From Dehalococcoidia bacterium (GTDB lineage Bacteria > Chloroflexota > Dehalococcoidia > GIF9 > JBFMDU01), in contig DAOUCU010000059.1 of NCBI GenBank assembly GCA_034431935.1, positions 2,132 through 66,131 of the forward strand: a stretch of 64,000 nt of DNA, given 5' to 3'. The notes under the pieces were generated by a model. The model saw nothing but the letters and a program-made list of their open reading frames with translations, made no database searches and was not told the DNA's origin. The translations under genes and the position numbers were made by a program. This document shows positions 10,109-18,885 of the stretch, in pieces. Position 1 is the first letter of the stretch; each line of letters begins with the position of its first letter.

Positions 10109-12406
10109 TCAGGGGGCGTGTTTCTCCGCTGATACCAGTGCTTCGAGCAGAATAATTGCCGCCTCCTTGTCGAGGGGTTCATTGTTATTGCCGCATTTTG
10201 GGGACTGGATGCAGGCAGGGCAGCCGTCCTGGCATGGGCACTCGGCGACCGCTTGTAAAGTAGCCCGCCACAGGCGGGGAAGTATCCTATAGCCGTTCTC
10301 AGCTATGCCAATGCCTCCGGGGTGGGCATCATAGATGAAGACCTGCGGTTTGCCTGTTCGCGACTGGAGGGGAGTTGAGACACCACCGATGTCGTTGCGG
10401 TCGCAGAGTGCAAAGAGAGGCAGGATGCCGATAGCGGCGTGCTCAAGTGCGTGGATACCGCCATGAAAGTCCAGCCCCCGCTCGTTTACAAAGTCGATGC
10501 CGCATTGAGGGAGTTCGAACCATAGAGCTTGGGTCATGAAGCGCTGGGGTGGTAAATCCAGAGGCTGCTCGTCAATAACCTCTTCAGAATATTGGCGCTT
10601 CTTCTTGAAGCTGACGACCATGGTAGTGACTTCTACCTCACCGAAACATACCGTGACTCCAGATTCGGTGCGTTCTTGGACAGTTCGTAGAATAGATATG
10701 TCGGTAAGTTCTTTAGCGACGGTATAGTAAGGTACATCCGCCGGCTCGACAATGGCGGTCTTGGTTTCAAGGTCGAGGCGGGTGACGATGAAAGATTCTC
10801 CCTGATGGAAGTAAACGGCGCCGGTGTGCAGTTGGGAGAAGGCGGTATTTGCAGGGACGGTCTCAAGGAGCTGGTAACCGTGTGAAGCGTTGACCAGCGC
10901 GTAGTTGTCGTTACTGCTGGAACGGATGTTGATGTCCTGGGCCGGATAGGTTACCGATGTGGCCGGATACCATTGCCGTCCACGTCTTCTTAGTTTGCCT
11001 TCGCTCTCAAGCGAGGTGACCGCGGCTTTGAATGCGTCTCCGAGGAGCGGTACGTCTGAGTCATCGAGTGGCTTTTCCCAGGCGGCGCATAGCAGGTGGG
11101 GTTTCAGGATTTGAGGGTTGTGCGGGTTGATGAGGGCGCTTTCAAAATTTCTGGCGAAAAAGAAATCCGGATGTCTCATGAAATACTGGTCAAGAGGGTC
11201 GTTCTGTGCGATGAGGAAGCTGAGGGCTTTGCGGCGGTCCCGGCCGCTTCTTCTGGCCTGCTGCCATGTACTTGATATGCTTCCGGGGTAGCCGGTGAGG
11301 ATGGTTGCCTCGAGGTCACCGATGTCGATACCGAGTTCGAGGGCTGTTGTTGCCACCACTCCGCGGAGGTCACCGTTGAATAGTCCGCGCTCGATACGTC
11401 GCCGGTCTTCAACGAGATAGCCGGCCCGGTAGGGGCTAATTGTTCCTGCCAACTCTGCTGGGAGCCGTCCTCTGACGTATCGGTAGATGAGTTCAGTCAG
11501 CTTCCGTGTTCTGGCAAAAACGAGGGTACGGAGGCCGTTTTTAATCAGGTGACTGAAAATGAAGGTAGCTTCAGTGTTGGGACTGCGCCGGGTCGCCTTG
11601 ATTTTATCAACTATCGGTGGGTTCCAGAACACGAATCGTCTGGGACCAGCTGGTGAGCCATCCTGCACAATGACTTCGAAGGGTAGCCCGGTCAGCCTCT
11701 CGGCATGCTCCTTCGGGTTGGCGATGGTGGCCGAGCACAGTATGAACTGCGGGAAGGACCCGTAGAGGCGGCATAACCGGCGCAGTCGGCGCATGATGTT
11801 GCTCACATGTGACCCAAAGACGCCACGATAGATGTGTGCTTCGTCACAGACTACGAAGCGGAGCTGTCGCAGAAGTCGTATCCAGGACTGATGGTTGGGG
11901 AGGATGCCGAAGTGAAGCATGTCGGGGTTGGTCAGGATGACGCGAGCCCTGGACTTAATCCGCGCCCGAATGTCGGACGGCGTGTCGCCATCGAAAGTGG
12001 CGTATTCGTCATGGTTAAGTATGTCGGGGTGAGCCAGTTGATGGAAGTGCCGTAGCTGGTCTTGGGCAAGAGCCTTAGTAGGGAAAAGGTAAATAGTGCG
12101 GCTGATGTGCTGGGTGAGTATGGATTCGAGGACCGGTACGTTGTAGCACAGACTCTTGCCGCTGGCGCTTGGTGTCGCGACTATGACGTTCTTGCCGGAA
12201 CGGATGAGGTTGATAGCATCGACCTGATGTGAGTAAAGCTTGGAGATGCCAGCGGATGCGAGCTTATTTTGCAAGATCTCGGGTAAAGAGTAGCTCAATT
12301 CTGCGGTCTTGGCAGACCGCGGTGGTATGTACTGGATGTGGCTCGCCTGTCCCTCATAGTCGGGGAGGGATAGCAGCCGGTCGAGGAAGGCAAATGCATC
12401 GCTCAT
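10109..12406 (-). CDS. DEAD/DEAH-box helicase with a C-terminal DUF1998 zinc-finger domain (MrfA/YprA-like)
   Basis: 765 aa. Walker A (ATPSASGKSL), DEAH box (VVCDEAH) and helicase C domain, followed by a C-terminal 4-Cys cluster CPCQDGCPACIQSPKC typical of DUF1998. Confidence 0.8.
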   Translation of the reverse strand: MSDAFAFLDRLLSLPDYEGQASHIQYIPPRSAKTAELSYSLPEILQNKLASAGISKLYSHQVDAINLIRSGKNVIVATPSASGKSLCYNVPVLESILTQHISRTIYLFPTKALAQDQLRHFHQLAHPDILNHDEYATFDGDTPSDIRARIKSRARVILTNPDMLHFGILPNHQSWIRLLRQLRFVVCDEAHIYRGVFGSHVSNIMRRLRRLCRLYGSFPQFILCSATIANPKEHAERLTGLPFEVIVQDGSPAGPRRFVFWNPPIVDKIKATRRSPNTEATFIFSHLIKNGLRTLVFARTRKLTELIYRYVRGRLPAELAGTISPYRAGYLVEDRRRIERGLFNGDLRGVVATTALELGIDIGDLEATILTGYPGSISSTWQQARRSGRDRRKALSFLIAQNDPLDQYFMRHPDFFFARNFESALINPHNPQILKPHLLCAAWEKPLDDSDVPLLGDAFKAAVTSLESEGKLRRRGRQWYPATSVTYPAQDINIRSSSNDNYALVNASHGYQLLETVPANTAFSQLHTGAVYFHQGESFIVTRLDLETKTAIVEPADVPYYTVAKELTDISILRTVQERTESGVTVCFGEVEVTTMVVSFKKKRQYSEEVIDEQPLDLPPQRFMTQALWFELPQCGIDFVNERGLDFHGGIHALEHAAIGILPLFALCDRNDIGGVSTPLQSRTGKPQVFIYDAHPGGIGIAENGYRILPRLWRATLQAVAECPCQDGCPACIQSPKCGNNNEPLDKEAAIILLEALVSAEKHAP

Positions 12407-12454
12407 GGTGATAAGATGTGCTCGCAGGCATTGTACAGGTATTGCCGCGTGAGA

Positions 12455-12748
12455 CTAGAACACCGGGATTATCTCAGTCTCGTGGCTGACAATCTCCACC
12501 TGTGGGTAGTTGTGGACAATGAAGTTTAGCGCATTGGCAAGGACTTCATCGGCGTGGCGGGAGTGGTTGCTGACGCAAGCGATGCCGATGCTCGCAAGTT
12601 GCCAGAGCTCATGGTTCTCGACTTCGGCCACGGATATGCGGTATTCGTTCTGGAGACGAGCGATGAGGGACTTTATGATTCGCCGCTTGTCTTTCAGTGA
12701 CTGGCTTTCGGGTAAACGAATCTCTACTCTACAAACTCCGATATTCAT
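12455..12748 (-). CDS. DUF503 (YlxP-like) family protein
   Basis: 97 aa. MNIGVCRVEIRLPESQSLKDKRRIIKSLIARL...SNHSRHADEVL matches the DUF503 consensus. Confidence 0.7.
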   Translation of the reverse strand: MNIGVCRVEIRLPESQSLKDKRRIIKSLIARLQNEYRISVAEVENHELWQLASIGIACVSNHSRHADEVLANALNFIVHNYPQVEIVSHETEIIPVF

Positions 12749-12823
12749 CGGGCGAGTAAAGTTGGCTCCGGGTAATATAGGTGCCTCTCAGGGGAGGAGG
12801 GCTGAGAGGCTGTTCCCAGCTAG

Positions 12824-13123
12824 TTAGCGGGTTTCTTTGATTTTCGCGTAGCAGGCGCTGCAGTATACGGGCCGGTCCTGCTTGGGTTCGAAAGGAACCT
12901 CGGCCGGCTGGCCGCAGGACGCACAGGTTGTCTGAAACATAGTCCTGGGGCGAGCGCTACCTCCGGTTGCGGAGCGGGACTGTCTCCTGGCCGCCCGGCA
13001 CTCCGGACAGCGTCCAGGGTCATTCTGGAGTCCCTTGGAGCGATAGAACTCCTGTTCACCGACGGTGAAGGTGAACGTCTTGCCGCATTCCCGGCAGGTC
13101 AGGGTTTTGTCCGCCAGAGTCAT
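12824..13123 (-). CDS. Small zinc-ribbon protein (duplicated CxxC pairs, zf-trcl-like)
   Basis: Start at the internal ATG (MTLADKTLTCRECGKTF...), with GGAGGT 8 nt upstream. Cys pairs are CRECG...CPECR and CASCG...CSACY. The longer ORF to 13210 lacks an RBS. Confidence 0.6.
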   Translation of the reverse strand: MTLADKTLTCRECGKTFTFTVGEQEFYRSKGLQNDPGRCPECRAARRQSRSATGGSARPRTMFQTTCASCGQPAEVPFEPKQDRPVYCSACYAKIKETR

Positions 13124-13425
13124 TAACTTACCTCCTAGGTGGTGAAAAATTGCGCCTCGTTGCGGTTCCCGTCTCTGAGCGTCAAACCCCTCTTTGCCAG
13201 GCTGCCACAAAAACGCAAAAGGGCGAACCCGCTCCTCCCGGTGAAGGGTGCCAGATGATCAACAGAACTGAACGAAGGTGCCACCTTATGTTTTAGTATA
13301 GGATTGGTGTCTGGCCGAAGTCAATATCTTGCATGAAAGACTGACCATAATCGCTGCAGGAGGCGATTGTGAAAGCTGCCTGTGCTCACAATCAGTTATT
13401 GCTATGATGTCGTATCTGACGTTGG

Positions 13426-13456
13426 GTCACAGTATTTTGGCAGTTGTGATATAATC
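13426..13456 (+). promoter_or_regulatory. Putative sigma70-type promoter for rpsO-pnp
   Basis: Extended -10 TGaTATAAT (13447-13455) with a weak -35 GTCACA 18 bp upstream. It lies about 40 nt upstream of the rpsO start in an AT-rich divergent region. Confidence 0.3.
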
Positions 13457-13495
13457 TTCCGACATTATTTTTTAGTATTGTTAAGGAGACTTATA

Positions 13496-13759
13496 GTGGA
13501 CGCAGAGAGGAAGAAGCGTATCATCGCCGATTTTAAAATGCGTGACGGTGATACCGGATCCACCGAAGTGCAGGTTTCGCTGCTTACGGAACGGATTAAC
13601 GAAATCACGGCACATCTCAAGGCAAATCCCCACGATTTTCATTCACAGCGCGGATTGTTCAAATTGATCGGTCGGCGCCGCCGTCTTCTCACCTACCTGA
13701 ACAAGAAGAATCTGAAGAGTTATCAGGCATTAATTGACAAGCTCGGCTTGAGGAAGTGA
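13496..13759 (+). CDS. rpsO: 30S ribosomal protein S15
   Basis: GTG start with AAGGAG 7 nt upstream. DGDTGSTEVQVSLLTERINEITAHLKANPHDFHSQRGLFKLIGRRRRLLTYL is a canonical uS15 sequence. Confidence 0.9.
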   Translation: MDAERKKRIIADFKMRDGDTGSTEVQVSLLTERINEITAHLKANPHDFHSQRGLFKLIGRRRRLLTYLNKKNLKSYQALIDKLGLRK

Positions 13760-13767
13760 CACTGGTG

Positions 13768-15969
13768 ATGGTTAATTCTGTTAGGGCTTCAGTTGCTGGC
13801 CGGGATCTGGTTATTGAGACTGGTCTGCTGGCTTCTCAGGCCGACGGTGCGGTTACCATAAGGTATGGCGAATCAGTGGTTCTCGTGACAGCGTGTGTTG
13901 GCCGGGAGCCTCGGGAAGGGGTTGACTTTCTGCCACTGACAGTAGACTACGAGGAGCGGCTGTATGCCGCGGGTAAAATCCCTGGGGGATTCATTAGACG
14001 TGAGGGGCGTCCCAGTGAGGACGCGATTCTGGCCAGCCGTCTAACTGACCGGCCATTGCGACCGCTCTTTCCGAAGGGGTTCCGTAACGACGTTCAGGTT
14101 ATCATCACCGTTTTATCGGCTGATCAGGTTAATGATCCGGATATTCTGGCGCTTGTCGGTGCTTCTGCTGCGCTGACAATATCGTCAATCCCGTTCGCGG
14201 GACCGGTTGGGGCGGTGAGGATGGGCTACATGAATGGGCGGTTGGTGGTTAACCCGACGCTTGTTGAGTTGATGGACAGCGACCTTGATTTGGTAGTGGC
14301 CAGTACTAGGGACGCTATTGTGATGGTAGAAGCCGGTTCGCGTGAAGTGTCACGCGAGCTTCTAGTTGAGGCGATCAAGGTCGGTCATGAGGCTAACCAG
14401 GATATCATCCGGATCCAGGAAGAACTGCGAAAGGCGTGCGGAAAGCCGAAACTGGACTTCCAGCCGCCTGAGGTCAAACCGGACATCACGGCGGCTTGTT
14501 CGGCTATTGTGGAGCGGCTGAATCAGGCACTGACGAGCGGTAATAAGTCCGACCGCGAGAAGATGGTCAGTGCGCTGCAACAGGAGATAGTGGCTCAGCT
14601 TGGCGGTGATTATCCGGAGGGGGAGATAGCTTCAGCATTCGACGCGCAACTGAAGAAGTGCGTTAGGGAGCGTATACTCCAGTTAAATCAGCATGTCGAT
14701 GGCCGGCGGTTTGATGAGATACGTCCTATCAGCTGTCAGGTTGGCCTTCTGCCGCGAACTCATGGCTCGGGACTGTTTAGCCGTGGCCAGACTCAGGTTC
14801 TAACGATTACAACGCTTGGTTCCAAAGGCGAACAGCAAATGCTTGACGGCCTTGGGATAGAGGAAACAAAGCGGTTTATGCACCATTACAATTTTCCCCC
14901 GTTCTCGACCGGCGAAGTGAAACGTGTTGGGTCGCCGGGGCGTCGGGAAATCGGGCATGGGGCACTTGTGGAGCGAGCCATTTCCAGGGTGCTTCCCAAA
15001 GAAGAGGAGTTCCCTTACACTATCCGGCTGGTGTCGGAAGTGCTCAGTTCCAACGGTAGTACCTCTATGGCGAGTGTCTGTGGGTCAAGCCTTTCCCTAA
15101 TGGATGCCGGTGTACCTATCAAAGCGCCAGTGGCCGGCATCGCTATGGGGCTGGTTATGGGAGACGATGGCCGACGGGTTATCCTTACCGATATCGAAGG
15201 TATGGAAGATGCCTGCGGCGATATGGACTTTAAGATAGCCGGTACCGCTAAGGGGATTACGGCGCTACAGCTCGACATAAAGCGGCCCGGTTTGAGCTGG
15301 GAGATACTGGCTGAAGCTCTGGGGCAGGGGTGCAAGGGCTACCTTTTTGTCCTGGATAGGATTAAGGAAACAATCAGCACCAGTCGGCCGGAGACGAGCC
15401 GGTACGCGCCACGCATTTATCAGATAACGATTCCCACGGAGAAGATTGGCGCAGTTATCGGACCTGGTGGTAAGACGATACGGTCAATTATTGAGAAGAC
15501 CAAGGTGACGATTGATGTTGGCGATGATGGTAAGGTGCAAATAGGTTCGACCAGTGAAGATGCGGCTCAGGCCGCCATTCGGATGATTGAGGACCTTACA
15601 CGTGAGGTGGCCGTGGGTGCCGTGTATACTGGCAAGGTGACACGGATATTGAATTTTGGTGCTATGGTGGAGATTCTGCCAGGAAAAGAAGGGCTGGTTC
15701 ACATCAGTGAACTCGCTCCTTACCGGGTGAATGCGGTGGAAGATGTTGTCAAGGTTGGCGACGAAATAATGGTCAAGGTTATAGAAATCGACCGTATGGG
15801 AAGGGTGAATCTGTCCCGGCGGGCGGTCTTTGACGAACAAGCCAAAGCTCCGGTAGCCGGCGGCAGAGCCACCGCTGTATCAAGCCGCGGTGCTGACAGG
15901 CCTGATAAGCGTCGGCCGGGGCCACCGCCATCGCGTCCGACTGGTGGTACTGGGCGCCGTCGTAACTAG
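13768..15969 (+). CDS. pnp: Polynucleotide phosphorylase
   Basis: Two RNase PH domains, a KH domain (GPGGKTIRSI) and an S1 domain. There is an Arg/Pro-rich C-terminal tail. An alternative GTG start exists at 13756. Confidence 0.9.
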   Translation: MVNSVRASVAGRDLVIETGLLASQADGAVTIRYGESVVLVTACVGREPREGVDFLPLTVDYEERLYAAGKIPGGFIRREGRPSEDAILASRLTDRPLRPLFPKGFRNDVQVIITVLSADQVNDPDILALVGASAALTISSIPFAGPVGAVRMGYMNGRLVVNPTLVELMDSDLDLVVASTRDAIVMVEAGSREVSRELLVEAIKVGHEANQDIIRIQEELRKACGKPKLDFQPPEVKPDITAACSAIVERLNQALTSGNKSDREKMVSALQQEIVAQLGGDYPEGEIASAFDAQLKKCVRERILQLNQHVDGRRFDEIRPISCQVGLLPRTHGSGLFSRGQTQVLTITTLGSKGEQQMLDGLGIEETKRFMHHYNFPPFSTGEVKRVGSPGRREIGHGALVERAISRVLPKEEEFPYTIRLVSEVLSSNGSTSMASVCGSSLSLMDAGVPIKAPVAGIAMGLVMGDDGRRVILTDIEGMEDACGDMDFKIAGTAKGITALQLDIKRPGLSWEILAEALGQGCKGYLFVLDRIKETISTSRPETSRYAPRIYQITIPTEKIGAVIGPGGKTIRSIIEKTKVTIDVGDDGKVQIGSTSEDAAQAAIRMIEDLTREVAVGAVYTGKVTRILNFGAMVEILPGKEGLVHISELAPYRVNAVEDVVKVGDEIMVKVIEIDRMGRVNLSRRAVFDEQAKAPVAGGRATAVSSRGADRPDKRRPGPPPSRPTGGTGRRRN

Positions 15970-16042
15970 CGCCGCAGGCTCATCGGCCTCTTGAGTTTCA
16001 CTGGAGGCTGTTTTTAGAGAAACTAGTTAGGAAGATTATTCA

Positions 16043-16855
16043 ATGGGGAGTGCTGTAGTGGAACCAATTAGAGTAGTTGTCAACGGAGCTTTGGGTCGCA
16101 TGGGGAAGGAGGTGATGTGGGGGTTGTCCCGGGATCCGGGGATTGAGATTGTCGGCGCGGCTGAGAAGCAGGTGACCCAGATGCGCCTGCCGCTCCCGGA
16201 AAAGTCGGAGTCGGTGCCGTTCTCATCGAATCTGGGTGCACTTCTTGATAGTGTGCGCCCCGATGTCCTGATCGACTTTACCACGTATGAGGCGTGCATG
16301 GCTGCGGCCCGTATTTCCCTTTCGCATGGAGTAAATATAGTGGTGGGCACCACCGGGCTTGCCCCGGCGGATTTGCAAGAAATAGAAGAACTTGCAATTA
16401 AGAACAAGGTAGGCGCAGTTGTCGCGGCCAACTTTTCCATCGGGGCAGTTCTTCTTCAGCACTACTGCAAACTGGCGGCAAAATGGTTTGACCATGCTGA
16501 GATAATTGAGTTGCACCACAACGAAAAGGCCGACGCGCCGTCCGGTACAGCTCTGTCCACTGCCAGAATGATGGTTGAAGGGAAGGGGGGTAAGTTCGCC
16601 TACTCGCCAACGAAAAAGGAGACCCTCGGCAACGTCCGGGGCGGCCAGGTCGACGGCATCGCGATTCACAGTGTGCGTTTGCCAGGCTTCATGGCCAGTC
16701 AGGAAGTCATCTTTGGAACGCTCGGGCAAAGGCTGGTTCTGCGTCACGACGCAATTAACCGAGAGTGCTACATCCCCGGTGTTACCATGGCCGTCAAGGA
16801 GGTGGTCAAGAGGAAGGGTCTGGTGAACGGTCTGGACAAACTGCTTAACTTGTGA
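16043..16855 (+). CDS. dapB: 4-hydroxy-tetrahydrodipicolinate reductase
   Basis: RVVVNGALGRMG NAD(P)-binding N-terminus and the EIIELHHNEKADAPSGTA signature. AGGAAG lies 8 nt upstream. Confidence 0.9.
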   Translation: MGSAVVEPIRVVVNGALGRMGKEVMWGLSRDPGIEIVGAAEKQVTQMRLPLPEKSESVPFSSNLGALLDSVRPDVLIDFTTYEACMAAARISLSHGVNIVVGTTGLAPADLQEIEELAIKNKVGAVVAANFSIGAVLLQHYCKLAAKWFDHAEIIELHHNEKADAPSGTALSTARMMVEGKGGKFAYSPTKKETLGNVRGGQVDGIAIHSVRLPGFMASQEVIFGTLGQRLVLRHDAINRECYIPGVTMAVKEVVKRKGLVNGLDKLLNL

Positions 16856-16871
16856 TTCTGCGGGAGGCATA

Positions 16872-17885
16872 ATGAAGAAGTACCGCGTTGCCGTGGTAGG
16901 GGCGACGGGCATGGTAGGGCAGGAGTTTGTCAAGATGCTCCAGCAGCGGAATTTTCCCCTGTCCTCCATCCAGCTTCTCGCATCCGATCGTTCTGTTGGC
17001 AAGAAGATGTTCGTCGGTCATAAGGACTTCATTGTTCGCGAGACCACCGCTGAGTCGTTCCGGTATGTTGACCTGACTCTTTTCTCCGCCGGACCTGAGG
17101 TTAGCCGGTATTTCGCACCGATTGCGGTGAGATCTGGTTCCATTGTTATCGATCACAGCGCGGCCTTCCGCATGGATACGACAGTGCCACTGGTTGTCCC
17201 GGAGATTAATCCTGATGATATCAGGAACCACAAGGGCATTATCGCTAATCCGGACTCGCCGACCACCCAGCTTGTGGTTGCCCTTTATCCTCTGCATAAG
17301 GTCAATCCAATAAAGCGCATTATTGTTACAACCTTCCAGTCGGTTTCCAGTACCGGCACCGCAGGTATGGAGGAATTGACCCTCCAGACCAAGCTGGTAC
17401 TCGAAGGGCATGCGGTCATTCCCCATGTGTATTCTCATCAGATAGCCTTTAACATCTTGCCTGAGATAGACGTTTTTATGGATGACGGCTACAATAAAGA
17501 GGAATGGCGTATTGCCGAGGAGACCCGCAAGATCCTGCGTTCTGACCAAATAGGTATATCTGCTACCTGTGTCCGTGTGCCTGTGTTTATGGGGCATAGT
17601 GAGTCGGTGAACGTTGAGTTCACCTATCCCATGGGTCCGGATGAGGCACGACAGATCCTTGCCCAGGCGCCGGGTGTCAAAGTGCTTGATGACCCCAGTG
17701 TCAGCCTGTATCCTCAGCCGTGGACAGCGGCCGGACTGGATGACGTGCTGGTCGGCAGGATTCGCAAAGACCCGTCGCATCCTAACGGCCTGGCGATGTG
17801 GATTGTAGCTGATAATCTGCGCAAAGGAGCGGCATTGAACGCCATCCAGATTGCTGAGGAGGCAATTCGAAGGGGTGTTCTCTAG
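16872..17885 (+). CDS. asd: Aspartate-semialdehyde dehydrogenase
   Basis: RVAVVGATGMVGQE N-terminus, a QSVSSTG active-site Cys-to-Ser variant region, 337 aa. Confidence 0.9.
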   Translation: MKKYRVAVVGATGMVGQEFVKMLQQRNFPLSSIQLLASDRSVGKKMFVGHKDFIVRETTAESFRYVDLTLFSAGPEVSRYFAPIAVRSGSIVIDHSAAFRMDTTVPLVVPEINPDDIRNHKGIIANPDSPTTQLVVALYPLHKVNPIKRIIVTTFQSVSSTGTAGMEELTLQTKLVLEGHAVIPHVYSHQIAFNILPEIDVFMDDGYNKEEWRIAEETRKILRSDQIGISATCVRVPVFMGHSESVNVEFTYPMGPDEARQILAQAPGVKVLDDPSVSLYPQPWTAAGLDDVLVGRIRKDPSHPNGLAMWIVADNLRKGAALNAIQIAEEAIRRGVL

Positions 17886-17952
17886 CCTCATGATTCCAGT
17901 CGCATACTCTGTCTCAGTACCAAGTCACACGATGATGTTCAAGGAGTAGGCT

Positions 17953-18843
17953 GTGGCTGAAATCGGTCGGTTGCTGACAGCAATGGTCACGCCTTTCGAC
18001 GCCGCAGGCAAAGTCAACTATGAAAAGGCCAAGAAGCTGGCCGTGGCTTTGTTGAAGTCTGGAAGTGACGGCCTGGTGGTTGCCGGTACAACTGGCGAAT
18101 CACCAACTTTGACCCACGAAGAGAAACTGAGGTTGTTTTCGGAAATCAGGTCGGTGGTAGACAAACCGGCGGCGGTCATTGCGGGGACCGGCAATAACGA
18201 TACGGCCGAAAGTATCCGGTTTACCATGGAGGTGGAGAAGACTGGCGTTGATGCCGTTCTTCTGGTGGTACCTTATTACAACCGTCCGACTCAGGACGGC
18301 CTTTACCTGCACTTTAAATCGATTGCCGACGCTACTAGATTGCCGTGCATTCTCTACAACGTGCCGGGACGTACTGTCACCAGCCTATCTTCTGAGACGG
18401 TTGTCAAATTGAGTCAGATTCCCAACATCATCGGGATTAAAGAGGCCAGTGCCAATTTGGAACAGATTGCTAGGATAATCGACGGTGCGCGTAAGGGCTT
18501 CCTCGTCTGGAGCGGTAACGACGCCGACACTCTGCCGATTATGGCAATCGGCGGTTACGGCGTTATCGCTGTGGCCTCACACCTGGTGGGCAACCAGATT
18601 AAAGACATGATTAACCTCGTGCTTGCAGGCAAAGTGACTGAGGCGGCGGTGATCCATAGAAGGCTTCTACCGCTGGTTAATGCGCTGTTTGTCATACCTA
18701 ATCCTATGCCGATTAAATACGCACTTGGTGTTGTCGGCTTCGACGTCGGCAAGCCACGCCTACCGTTGACAGAGCCGGATGAAAAGTCGGCCGGTGTTAT
18801 CAGGAGTGCTCTCAGGAACTGCCAGATTGACCTTCTAATCTAG
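17953..18843 (+). CDS. dapA: 4-hydroxy-tetrahydrodipicolinate synthase
   Basis: GTG start with AAGGAG 6 nt upstream. Motifs TAMVTPF, VVAGTTGESPTLT and YNVPGRT, 296 aa. Confidence 0.9.
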   Translation: MAEIGRLLTAMVTPFDAAGKVNYEKAKKLAVALLKSGSDGLVVAGTTGESPTLTHEEKLRLFSEIRSVVDKPAAVIAGTGNNDTAESIRFTMEVEKTGVDAVLLVVPYYNRPTQDGLYLHFKSIADATRLPCILYNVPGRTVTSLSSETVVKLSQIPNIIGIKEASANLEQIARIIDGARKGFLVWSGNDADTLPIMAIGGYGVIAVASHLVGNQIKDMINLVLAGKVTEAAVIHRRLLPLVNALFVIPNPMPIKYALGVVGFDVGKPRLPLTEPDEKSAGVIRSALRNCQIDLLI

Positions 18844-18885
18844 GGCCGAGTGCCCGGCAATTCGAAAATTGGGAGTTGAGACAGC

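Noticed and set aside
16845-17891. 348-aa ORF antisense to asd, plus 16223..17002 antisense to dapB
   Set aside because: It lies opposite a strongly recognisable housekeeping gene. Long antisense ORFs are expected at this GC content. It has no recognisable motifs or RBS.
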